This document shows positions 52,291 through 64,000 of a DNA stretch of 64,000 nucleotides, piece after piece. Origin of the DNA: Mobula hypostoma. Its lineage: Eukaryota. The DNA lies in contig NC_086097.1 in NCBI RefSeq assembly GCF_963921235.1, positions 195,860,001 to 195,924,000 of the forward strand, in the 5' to 3' direction. The position numbers and the translations under genes were made by a program. The notes beneath the pieces are model-generated. The model did no database searches. It was given only the letters and a program-made list of their open reading frames with translations, and was not told where the DNA came from. Numbering within the stretch: position 1 is the stretch's first letter; every line of letters starts with the position of its first letter.

Positions 52291-54537
52291 TTCAAATTTT
52301 CAAATTGCTCTGATGGGTTCTAATCTCAATTTTTCTGGATTTTCACTCCAGACTTATTAAATTATAAATATAAAATATTTTTCTCTGTGTGCATTGTATT
52401 CTCCAAACATTCCCTTCTTTGGCGGTCGTCCATTTTTATTCCTTAGTCATTTTACTACATTAACAGCACAATACAAAAATAATATATTTTCCTCATAGCT
52501 GTATTTCATTCATGATGGTTGTATTCATAATATACCTGAAGTTAACTGTGTTTCATAAAACATTTACTGGCACTTGTATTTAGCTGAATATAAGCAGGTG
52601 CTGCAGCGGAGTTCTGGACCAAAGCATTACTAAAAGTGATGAAATAGGAAGCAAAAGCAGGAAACGCCAGGGGAAAAGAACTGAATAGGGCAGAAACTCT
52701 AAAGGGACATTAAAAATATATATACTATACAAAGTGTAATCTGGCCAAAGTTATTTTATGATTACCAAGGAAAGTAGAGGCGTCTCATAAGCTTTCTAAT
52801 ATCTATGATCATGGAAGACTGGGTAGTGCAAGATGGTGGAAGATCTTAGTGTATAATTGTAGTCAACATGTAAAAAAGGTGTGACTGGATTCATTTGGGG
52901 GGTGGGAATTACTGTCGATCTCTAGTTGATGCTATAGTAAACATGTTGCTGTTAACTATGGCTGAGGGACTCACTCAGATGAATCATAGACTCCAGCACA
53001 ATTTTGGACACTGAGATTAAATTAAACATTACCGAGCTCATGTGTACTATGGTTGCCTCTTCATTTTCACTCTGAACACCTCCTGCCTATCTTTGTACGT
53101 TATACTCAGACTTGATATTTCTCCACGTGAGCAGTTCAGAACCAGTCTTTGGTGGAGAGAGTGTGGGTAGACATGCTTGGAGAATTTAGAAAACATTGAA
53201 ACTGATTAGATTTGTTCTATTGTTGCTGTACTCTACCTGGCTCAGCTTAAACAAGGGTTTAGCAGAGATACACTTGAAGTATAATGTTTGCAGAATCTTC
53301 ACTATAACCTAAAGCATTCTTAGAATGCTGATTGAATTTAAGTGGTAGATTTTTTAAATGTAAACTTAACATTTCCTGCAAAACCCAATAAGAGCTTTAG
53401 AAACCATTCTTCTCAGAATGCAACAGGTTACGGAGATTGAAAACAGACCATGTTAGAAGTTGGTAAAGGAAATAGAAGGGCCCCAGCAAGAGGCCATATC
53501 AACAAAGGAACAACTGCAGGAGCAATTCTACTAAGATTGCCATAGCAAGGAACAATCCATAAAGCACCAGTGATTCAGTTATGAACCTAAAATAAAGTAT
53601 TATATGTTTCCTGTTGCCAGGTTTCAGCCCAAAACATTGACGATTCCTATCCCCCCCATGCCAGATCCAGCTCAACCTGTAGAGTTTCCCTTAATGTTTC
53701 TTACTACTTGATATCATTTTAATTGTAAGTATTATTCACAATACATGTCGTATTTCGTTTACTTTTCTTAATGAACTCATAGGATCTCTTTATATCTAAA
53801 GCTAAGTCACCATGGTTTGCAGCTGCTGGTGATTCCCTCATCTAATAAGGTTGCTAATTGCATGCGTTTGATTCAAAGTTGTAATGTAAGGAAGGAAACA
53901 GTTTGCAGTATTCTAGTTGTGGCATAAATAGTGTTTCACACAGTTCAAGTACAGTCTTCTTGTTCTTACACTCTATCCCCCTGCCAGTAAAGGCAAATGT
54001 TTTATATGTCTTCCTTGCCACCTCATCTACTTGCTATGCACTCCATAAATATCTGCGGATATAGATCCACTTTTGTACCCCCTCCATTTCTCAGTATTAC
54101 ACTACATATCGTGCATTCCCTTTTCTTAAATGCCTTCCCCATCTGACACCAAAGCTAAATTCCATTTGTCAAGCTCTGTCCACCTAAGCCATCAATTTAT
54201 GTCTTCCTGCAGAATTCTGCTTTCTTCTCAAGAAACTAGCAGTGAGTGCTATGAAAGCTGTAAAACTACAAGCAGGCTTTCAGTCACTAAAACATCCATT
54301 AAACAAAATAACTTTTGCATTCTGCACGGAGCCAATTTAGATCCAGCTTTTCACATTGTCTTCAATCCTGTGTGCATTTACTTTTCTGAACAATGTGCTA
54401 TGTGATATCCTGTCGAAAGTTTTGCCAAAGTCCTCATGGGCTACATTAAACATACTGTTCTTACCAACCCATCTGTTATTTTATCAAAATTCAATTATTC
54501 TTACTTTAAGAAATTTATCTGGACTATACTGTCTATA

Positions 54538-55933
54538 GTCCTGCCTCGTCCCTGTGCCAAGGACGCCATGCCCCAGCGGCCTCAATGACTACAGACCGGT
54601 GGCATTGACCTCCCACATCATGAAGACCCTGGAAAGACTTGTTCTGGAGCTGCTCCGGCCTATAGTTAGCCCACACTTAGATCCCCTCCAGTTCGCCTAC
54701 CAGCCCCGACTAGGAGTTGAGGATGCCATCGTCTTCCTGCTGAACCGTGTCTACGCCCACCTGGACAAGCCAGCGAGCACTGTGAGGGTCATGTTTTTTG
54801 ACTTCTCCAGTATGTTCAACACCATCCGCCCCGCTCTGCTGGGGGAGAAGCTGACAGCAATGCAGGTGGATGCTTCCCTGGTATCATGGATTCTTGATTA
54901 CCTGACTGGCAGACCACAGTACGTGTGCTTGCAACACTGTGTGTCCGACAGAGTGATCAGCAGCACTGGGGCTCCACAGGGGACTGTCTTGTCTCCCTTT
55001 CTCTTCACCATTTACACCTCGGACTTCAACAACTGCACAGCGTCTTGTCATCTTCAGAAGTTTTCGGATAACTCTGCCATAGTTGGATGCATCAGCAAGG
55101 GAGATGAGGCTGAGTACAGGGCTACAATAGGAAACTTTGTCACATGGTGTGAGCAGAATCATCTGCAGCTTAATGTGAAAAAGACTAAGGAGCTGGTGGT
55201 AGACCTGAGGAGAGCTAAGGTACCGGTGACCCCTGTTTCCATCCAGGGGGTCAGTGTGGACATGGTGAAGGATTACAAATACCTGGGGATATGAATTGAC
55301 AATAAACTGGACTGGTCAAAGAACACTGAGGCTGTCTACAAGAAGGGTCAGAGCCGTCTCTACTTCCTGAGGAGACTGATGTCCTTTAACATCTGCCAGA
55401 CGAAGCTGAGGATGTTCTACGAGTCTGTGGTGGCCAGTGCTATCATGTTTGCTGTTGTGTGCTGGGGCAGCAGGCTGAGGGTAGCAGACACCAACAGAAT
55501 CAACAAACTCATTCGTAAGGCCAGTGATGTTGTAGGGATGGAACTGGACTCTCTCACGGTGGTGTCTGAAAAGAGGATGTTGTCTAAGTTTCATGCCATC
55601 TTGGTCAATGTCTCCCATCCACTACATAATGTACTGGGTGGGCACAGGAGTACATTCAGCCAGGGATTCATTCCACCGAGGTGCAGCACAGAGCATCATA
55701 GGAAGTCATTCCTGCCTGTGGCCATCAAACTTTACAACTCCTCCCTTGGAAGGTCAGACACTCTGAGCCGATAGGCTAGTCCTGGACTTATTTCATAATT
55801 TACTGGTATAATTTACATATTACTATTTAACTATTTATGGTTCTATTACTATTTATTATTTATGGTGCAACTGTAACGAAAACCAATTTCCCCCTGGGAT
55901 CAATAAAGTATGACTATGACTATGACTATGACT
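54538..55933 (+). mobile_element. 5'-truncated, relatively young Rex1/Babar LINE (RT domain)
   Basis: LNDYRPVALTSHIMKTLERL, LDPLQFAY, MFFDFSS.FNTI, GAPQGTVLSPFLF, KFSDNSAI; single in-frame TGA at 55292-55294, same frame resumes to 55774; AATAAAG(TATGAC)4 tail. Confidence 0.95.
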
Positions 55934-56919
55934 TAAACTGTGCCCTTCTAAAAGACAGATCATATTTTCCCTCACAACTGTCTGCGTTAATTTGCCCACC
56001 ACCAAAGTTAGGGTGGTCCTTGATTATTTATTCAAGCTCTTCTTAAATATGCTTATCACCTTTGCTTTCTTTCAATTTCTGGTAGCCAAGGAAGATTGCA
56101 TCTCTTAACATGATAGAATCTATTACACCAATGCAAAGTGATTAATTTCCTCTCTTTTTGTGTTATCTCATCAAATATTTCACACTAATCCTACACAGCT
56201 ACAATGTCCATATTGTATTCTTTTGTGAATGCAGGGACAGAAGATTTCTTGAGAATCATATCCACACCATTGTTCTCCGCCCACAGAAAACCATTTTGCT
56301 CCCCAGCAGGCTCTATTCTATTCATCTCATTTCTTTTACTCTGTATGTTTTTCTAAAACTGTTTTTGGGACCTTAGTGCACCAAGGACCTGGCCAAGGTG
56401 CTACCTTTCAGATGAAACATTAAATTGCCCATCTGCCCTATCAAACATCTGCACGGCAGCATCCATTTATAAGGGACTACTAATCTAGATAAGAGGATTA
56501 TTCTTCCCCTAGCTAGTGAGTTCAGTATTAAGGATCATAGATCAAGAACTAAGGGGTTGACATGAAATAAGGAGATATTTATACATAAAGTAATAAGTCT
56601 TTAGAATTATCTACCCTGGAAGGTAGTGATAACTCAGTTGCTAATTGCCTTCAAGACAAAGATTAATATCTTTTATTATTTAAGGAATAATATATTAAAG
56701 GATATTAAAGGAATCAAAAATCATGAAGATGAGGCAGGAAAGGGATGTTTGAGGTATGATCCACAATTCTTTCAATTTCACCTCATGTTCTTTCTTGCCT
56801 CTGCACCAGCAATTAACCATTGCTGATACTGTTGATGATAATGCGATAATATAGGTCACATGACCTCTACTACTGAAACTGGTACTGACTATAAGAGTGG
56901 AAATAAAAACATAATGAGG

Positions 56920-57310
56920 CTTTGAAAGATTGAGAGAGCAGGAGCATTTTTCTTTGGAGTGAGGAGGAAGAGAGGTGACTTGATAGAGATGTATAAGATG
57001 ATAAGAGAAACGCCAAACTGAACAGCCAACACCCTCCTTTCCCAGGGTGACAAAGGCTAATGTGAGTGGACGTTCACCATTGGAGGAAACTCTAAGGGGG
57101 TATTAAGGGTAGGATTTTTTTTACACAGGGTAGTAAGTGCATGGAATGCATGGCAACGGCTGGTGGTAGAGGCAGATACATTAGGGATAGCTAAAAGACT
57201 CTTAGATAGGCATATGGTTAAAAGAAAAATGGAGGGCGATATGGAAGAGAAGGTTTAGATTGATTTTGGAGTTGTACTGATCTATACTGCTCTCTGTTCC
57301 ATGTTCTATG
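56920..57310 (+). mobile_element. Old CR1 3' fragment
   Basis: RRKRGDLIEMYKMIR, FFTQ..AWNA, FKRLLDR-like segments and TTCTATG-type tail. Confidence 0.75.
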
Positions 57311-60300
57311 AAGTTGTGTCATAAGAATGAGTGGATGGTGCACTGAAAAATAACCTAGAGATGTAGATCAAGCTTTCATCACAAACTGAAAGTCATTGAT
57401 TTTATTAAAAACAGTTCACTGGGAAATTATAAAGCACTGCAGATACTGGAAATCAGAAATAAAACAAAATCATGTTTGAAAAGCCATGCATTTTGATGAC
57501 ATAAATAAGGGAAGCACGTGTGTTCCCAAAAGCAGAGGGAGCATCAGTGTAATGATACAGTAGATGAACTAAGTGAAGTAATACACAAGCAAAGGATGTC
57601 TGAATCATTGAGGAAATGCGGTAACACTAAAACTAATAAAGCTTACGTTAATAATGTGCTTAAAGCTTGGTTGCATTTAAATGACATCTGCCTGATAGCT
57701 CATTGGTCTATCCACAGAACAGACTGATCATACAGACCAGCAAGTTCCTCATATTTGATGTAATGTCAGCTGAGCATAACTTATGGGAAGAATAAAATGT
57801 TTCTTGCTGCATCTGATTACGCAGGAGATTGAAAGCAGCTGAGATTTGGCATCTACCAGCACTTTAGAATTTTGCATGTATGCAGATGAAGTGGAAAATA
57901 AATTGACTGGGCTTAAAATTCTACCATAATTGTAGATTCAGTGATGCAAACTGTTAGGATGTACATGTGGACAATGTCCACTCAGGAATGTACCATATTA
58001 CCATCCTCTTTTGCTTTGTATTTTCAGCATTTAATCTGACTCTCCTACCCATTACAAAGCTCTTGCTTTCTTCTGCTCTCCCTACTCCCTGTGCATCTAC
58101 AGGTCTGCTCACCTCTTAGTTTTCCCAATGTTGCTGCAAAGAAATGGACTTCAAATATCCTCTCTTCAAATTCAGTCTGACTTGCTGATTATTTACAATA
58201 TCTTCTGTTTTTATTTCAGATTTTCAGCATATACAGTATTTTATTTTCATCTCAGTTGCTTGTACCACATAAACTGGCACTTTCCCACCAGTTCAGAACA
58301 GATTGGTCAATTTAAACCTGGATGAAAAGTTTCCTTAAACTATCAAGATGCTCATTTCTCTATTAATTAATATAAGGTGTTGAGTAAGCTCATAACATAA
58401 ATTCCACAATTCACTTGGTGGCCTTCTGGAGTTACAGTATCAAATTGGTGGGTAGGATTGACAGATGAGCTTATTGGCTTTTCCCAGATATGAATCTATT
58501 TCCTGGAAAGTAAACAAGCTTTGTTACATGGTATGATATTATGCAAAATTCCTTATGGTTTATTCAGAGCTTACGCACTACATTACTGGAGAAAAGTGAG
58601 TGAGTTCCTCATATTGGAGCTTAGAATTTGGGTTTCACAACCAATGCCTTTCAGAACTAATAATTTTATTGTAGTCATGTTTGGGAAATGTCTGCTGTTC
58701 TACATGTTCACTATTAACTGGCATCTTTATGCTTTATATTTGCTCCATAAGATGTGTGAATATTTATGAATGATTGTGATAAAGCCTGCTAAAATGGACC
58801 ACTTTTAACCAGGAGCTATCTTAGTCATGACTTCCTCATTCTTAATAGCAGATTTATATAAGAATTACTCAAAATTACAGAGCATTCTTTCATTTAAATA
58901 CATAAAGACAGGTAGATTTTATGGTGCAAAGTTTGGTTTATAAAAAAATAAGACAAGTCAAACAGCATGAGTGAAATGTACAATGAATTCAGATCAATGA
59001 GCAATAATGTAAAATCACCAGCCTGAAAAACTAACTCTGTTCCCTCTTCTTTGATAAAGTGTCACCTGCTGATTATTTCCAGAAGTTTCTTTTGTCTTTA
59101 ATGCCTGCTACTTTCTGTTTTGATTTTAGATTCCTGGCATCCACGGTTTTGTCCATTTAAAATGCTCAGCAGGCCTTGTGTTACATGAACCCAGATGATT
59201 GACAAGCGGTCTATCTAATTAGAAGCTGCTGTACTAAATTACAATACACAATGCAGAGTGGAATACAGCACCATCGCTCTTAAAGAGAACATTGTTACTG
59301 AGCATTGAAAAAAATATGGGCATACAATTATTCTTCTCAAAATTTGCTGTCAAAACTGACAGGAGGTTCAAAGTTGATCACCTTTATTTATACACAATTG
59401 CAAGAGCAAAATCAAACCAGAGCAAATGTGTGATTCAGTACAGGAAACTAAGTGCTGCAGTTGTCTAGGATATGCGACTTCTCTATTAATTTTTCAAAGT
59501 AGTAGTTGCCTAACTGGCAATAAATAGCTATATCTGTGCAGTAGGTACATGTGAAATTCAAAAAAAATGAGCAAATTAACCCTTGTCCATTTCAGTCTGA
59601 CAAAATATTAGTTTAACTGACTACCAGTTAACCACACCAGCAACGAAAAATAATGATTGCAAATTCTGCGCTTCTTTCCCCTATGTCGCATAGCATCATG
59701 ACTTGGAAAATATATCACCATTCATTCGTCAGTGCTGGGATGAAATCCTGCGATTCCTCCCCACAGTACGGTGGGAGTACCTTCCCCAGATCAACAGCAC
59801 CAGTTCAGGGAGGTTGCTCATGATCACTTTCTTAAGGCCGGTCATGGAAGGACAATAAATGCTGGTTTTGCCAACAATGTCCAGATGCTGAAAGTGCCCA
59901 AGTTAAAGAGAAAGTGGAACAGAAAACTGTGCAAGAGGATGTAGTGAAAAATAAAAATGGAGTAAATTTAAGCTGTTAGTTATATATAAGATAAATGGCA
60001 TCATCTATGGCTGAGGGTCCCAAAGAGTACTTTGCCTCTCTACTGTGAGGATCAGAAAAATATTGGTACTGCTGGGAAGAAATTGGAAATGGGGAGGAAA
60101 ACTTATAATCCATATCCAGGCATGTGGAAGAAAAGGGAGGGTATCCTGTTGAGTTTCAGGAATCAGTTGCTGAATTAATAAAAACAAAACCTCAAAAATG
60201 ATACTCCTGATATTATCAATCAGACCAAAAGCCAATTGAAACGATAGGTCAGGAAGCAAAGAGCATGACTGTTGTGGCGAGCAGAGTTTAAGTCAGTAGC

Positions 60301-62094
60301 AATGATAATGATACTATTGATGAAGGGAATCCAAGGCTAATTAGCATGACTACAGAAGACATACTTTTTTTAAAGGCTCACTGATTCCAGAAAGACAGCA
60401 ACCCCAGTAAAAAGGCAGCTATGGATCTGTTTTTCAAATAAATATTTCATGCAACAAATTAAAGAGCAAAGGACACCAGTTGTGAGGATCAGACAGAGTT
60501 TAGAAAGGCTGGCATAGCGTCAATCACTGGTTGTGATTGAGCATTAAATATTCCAGGTTTAAAGATCATTTGAGAGAATTGTGAAGCTGAACAATGAGGA
60601 GGAGTGACATCTACTGTTTTAAGGAGATCACTACAACATTAGTAAAAGGGGATCTAGATGAAAGAATGAAAACTCTCCGTGGTTACAATTGCAGCAGTGT
60701 GTACCTACACACCTCACGTTAGCAAAGTAGGGGTACAATATAGGAAACCTTGGATTTATATATAAAAGGAGCAATTTGGTTTATTATATCCCTGTTAGGT
60801 GATTATAAAAATGATTTATTGAATCCATTCCCACATCCTAGCTCCCAGTACATAGTGGTTACATCATTTAAAGTGCATGTCCCTTTTAAAATGTTCTGAG
60901 GTTATCTGTCTTCAACAGCCTTTTAGACAGTGAATTTCAGGTTCCCACCATGTTCTGAGTAAAAAAAAATCCTTCCTCATTTCTCCTGTAATCTTTCTGT
61001 CAATTATCTTAAATCTATTCCCTTGTTAATGACATCTTTGGTAATGTAGTTATAGCAAAAGCAAAGCTGTTTTAAAAGGCGATTTTATTTTTATGAAGTC
61101 TTTTATTGAAAACATATTAGAAAATTTATTTAGCTGCATTCAATTTATTCAAGGACTAGTAATCCATCAGCAATTCATTGTTTTTTTTTTGAAAAGGAGA
61201 AACATAGGACTGGAAATTGTATTTCTGTATTTTAATTACATTAAACAATATAAGGTCAGGATAAGGTCAGGTTCATGAGAGTCACGTAAAGAGAAAGAGC
61301 TTCATCAGTGAGTTCTCAGTTAGCATTGTTGGGTTTCCTAGTGTAATGCTGTGCCAAAACTGCCTTTGTTGGTGTCAGGTTGGCATTCATTATTCAAATT
61401 GCAAAATCTCGCACATATATGCATTTAATCCAGCAGGTGTAATCTTTGCAGTCAACTCTTATGGGGCAAACTACAATACCAGTGATACTCCCTAAGTTTC
61501 AGAGAAGTATTGCTTCTGAAAGAATGGATGCTGCATTGAAGGGAAGGGATTCAGAGAGTGTCCCAGAGAGATGGAGGGGCCTACATATTGGAGGAAGTTA
61601 TAGAGATCTTGCAGTCCTATAAACAGGGGTTCTTGGAAGGAGTTAAGTGTAGGCTTTAGGTACCAAACACAGGGGAAGCTTACAAGAAAAGCAAATACCC
61701 TTCCCCATTCTCCCTGTTATTTAAATATAGAGCTTGAATTTAACATTTCAGCAAACTGTGGAATCCAGCAGAGATCAGGCTGTAGTCAGGAATTTGGAAT
61801 TGGTTTATTATTGTCACGCATACTGAGATGGAGTGAAAAACTTGTCTTGCATACTGTTTGTACAGATCTATCTATTACAGAGAGCATTGAGGTATTCAAA
61901 CAGTACAGAATGCAGAATAAAGTCTAAAAGCCACAGAGAAAGTGCAGCGCAGGCTGACAGAAAGGTTCAAGGCCACAATAGACAGTTTGTGAGGTCAAGG
62001 GAATGAGGGAACTGTTTGCTATTTTTATAACAGTTTGATGGAACCTGTCCTTGAACCTGGTGGTGCATACCTTCAGGCTTTCATCTTTTCTGCC

Positions 62095-64000
62095 CAGTGG
62101 CGGCGCCAGAGATTTTATCTCGCTGCTGCTATGGAGGGGCTGAATGATTCATTGATGGTGCTGAGGGATGCACTGTATGGTAATATGTATTCACAAGGCC
62201 AGACGCGTGGCGTTAAAAAGTCAGTTTCAAGCATTATGTGCCTACTATAAATGCCTCTGTTGATTCACAAGCAACAGCAATTGATAGATCTAATATAGAA
62301 GTGAACTGTTACAGTGTCAACAGCATCGGAGACAACCTGGGCTACATGGAGCATAAACAAAAAAAACAAACAGAGCAACCGAGGAACAGCGGACAACGTG
62401 AATCACGCACCAATCCCGCAATCTGCGTCAAATGCGTGCTTTTCAACTGAAAAACACAAAACAAACCCACTGCTATTCACATTACGTAGACAGCAATGCC
62501 AAAAGATACACCGTTATTAAAGTCAAATAAGGCAAACAACAGATGCAAGGCTTTACCAGGAGTTGGACAAATCGTACTCTGACCATGCAATACTTCAATT
62601 AATTCGGCTATTGAATTTGAAACAAAAATCAACAGAATCACTGCTTGGAAGTCTAAGCAAAACCAGTAGGCTTAATAGCAGTAAATCTAATATTTTAGGA
62701 TTTGCAGGAAACATAAGGACTATGGGGTATCCACCACAAAATAATAGTATTAATCAGCATTAGTCTTGGCCCAGATTTTTTAAAAATCAACTGCACACAC
62801 CATTAATATTTTCAGAGAAGCACAATCCGTCAGTTGTTGTGATTGGTGGCGAAAGCATCAATGATTATCTGGATGTCAAGTGCTTTGGTCCTCCGGTTGT
62901 TTATGGCCAACAGAGCCAAGTTGTTGTTCCGAGCATCGCCGCTGCTATTCCTTAAGTAGTTTTTGACACGTCTGAGGCAAGAGAAACTCCCTTCGCATGA
63001 GGCAGATGTAACAGGCAGAGTCAGTGATATGCAGGTTAGTTTGTATAAATCTATAAAAGCATCACGGTTGGGTCTCATTAGAGCTAGAAATTCCACTGTG
63101 TCATTCACTGTCTGTCCTTGCTTTTGTTTTATTTCCAGCAGACACCGAACCTGATGTAGCTCAGCAGTCAGGTTCACTTCAGTCACTCCATAGTATTGGG
63201 CCATTGGCCAAAGACAATTCTTGTCTAGGAAGAACTTGTGTTTGGGACTCAATGCTGAGACTCCAGTCAAAACACCCCCAGTCTCAATTGAGAACCGTCT
63301 TTTCATTTCAGTCAGAAGTCTGTTTATAACTGGATAGGAACAGTGGTTGCGAAGGTCATCAGAGGATGTGACAGGTGTGCGTTCAGTTTGGGCCTCAACA
63401 ACAAAATCATGTAGGCGGCGGGGTGGCTGGGCCTGTCTCTTTTCATGTGTTCTACTCTGTATACCGGCCTTGACGCACAGGTCCCTAGCTCTTGTCTGAA
63501 TTTCACTCCATGATTCCTCTCCCCGTTTTGCTGAGAGTGCATCGATAACAGACTGAGTCAAGTCCACAGCGGATGAAAGCTCCAAACTGGGAGATTGTAG
63601 CTGGTCTGACATGAACTTGGTGACTCGGAATAAATCCTCAAACAGAGTGAGAAGTAAAGCAAACTGCTCGTCAATCAATCCATTTACAGCTCTGGCCTCC
63701 ATTTTCCTCCGTGCATTTGGTTGACCCATAATATCCTGTAGTGTAGCTAGAATGGCAGGGAGTGATTTTCTTATAGCCCACAAAGCTGTATACTGCCATG
63801 CTCAGCGTGTATCTGACAATTTCTTCAACTCCACGGGCTGTGCAGTTGATTTCAGTTCTCTCTGTTTCTTCATGAAAAGATCATGGGCAACAGAGTTTGA
63901 AAAGAAGTTGTAAAGCAGCTACACAGTTTCAAAAAACTCACCTGCTTGTGGTACATTGCTCACAACATCCACTAAAACAAGGTTAAGTCTGTGAGCATGG
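62095..64000 (-). mobile_element. hAT DNA transposon (ZMYM1-like/Tip100-type transposase), continues beyond the window
   Basis: HAHRLNLVL motif, LSDTR*, hATC dimerisation motif LTLPVTSASCEGSFSCLRRVKNYLRNS; TIR-like CAGTGGCGGCGCC at 62095. Confidence 0.9.
62812..64000 (-). pseudogene. Inactivated hAT transposase CDS
   Basis: In-frame stops in FETV*LLY, DTR*AWQY (conserved Trp position) and HNN*RIVLL*; the listed 317-aa ORF is the segment between two of these stops. Confidence 0.85.

Noticed and set aside
54554..55294. Functional reverse transcriptase gene
   Set aside because: 5'-truncated, catalytic DD changed to DN (FSDN), internal stop
62830..63783. Intact or domesticated ZMYM1-like host gene
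   Set aside because: Bounded by premature stops including the conserved DTRW Trp, no ATG at the listed start, TIR present

Overview
Vertebrate genomic DNA, AT-rich and repeat-rich. The repeat families (CR1, Rex1/Babar, Penelope-derived repeats, tRNA-SINEs, chromoviral Gypsy, hAT) and the peptide sequence point to a cartilaginous fish, probably a batoid (inference). The only host gene I can support is a complete ADCYAP1 (PRP/PACAP precursor) on the minus strand. It has four coding exons (39257-39157, 36572-36438, 35994-35890, 35405-35225), all GT-AG and phase 2, splicing to a 173-aa precursor, plus a likely non-coding exon 1, TATA box and CRE-like site. PACAP38 is identical to the human peptide, whereas the PRP in the 105-nt exon is extremely divergent (HADWLFTKSLSSFMKSGFVRSFLNENMS). 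The gene lies in a CpG-retaining, transposon-poor domain. The flanks are nested transposon debris. Notable items there are a 444-bp foldback element with hAT ends and 8-bp TSD whose arms carry a Tc1 transposase HTH fragment, a 13x41-bp minisatellite born inside a LINE ORF, a 1-kb non-coding LTR element, a Gypsy lacking RT/RNase H, short Penelope-type insertions with inverted ends and hammerhead-like cores, and a decayed hAT transposase at the right edge. Family assignments come from motif recognition, not database searches.
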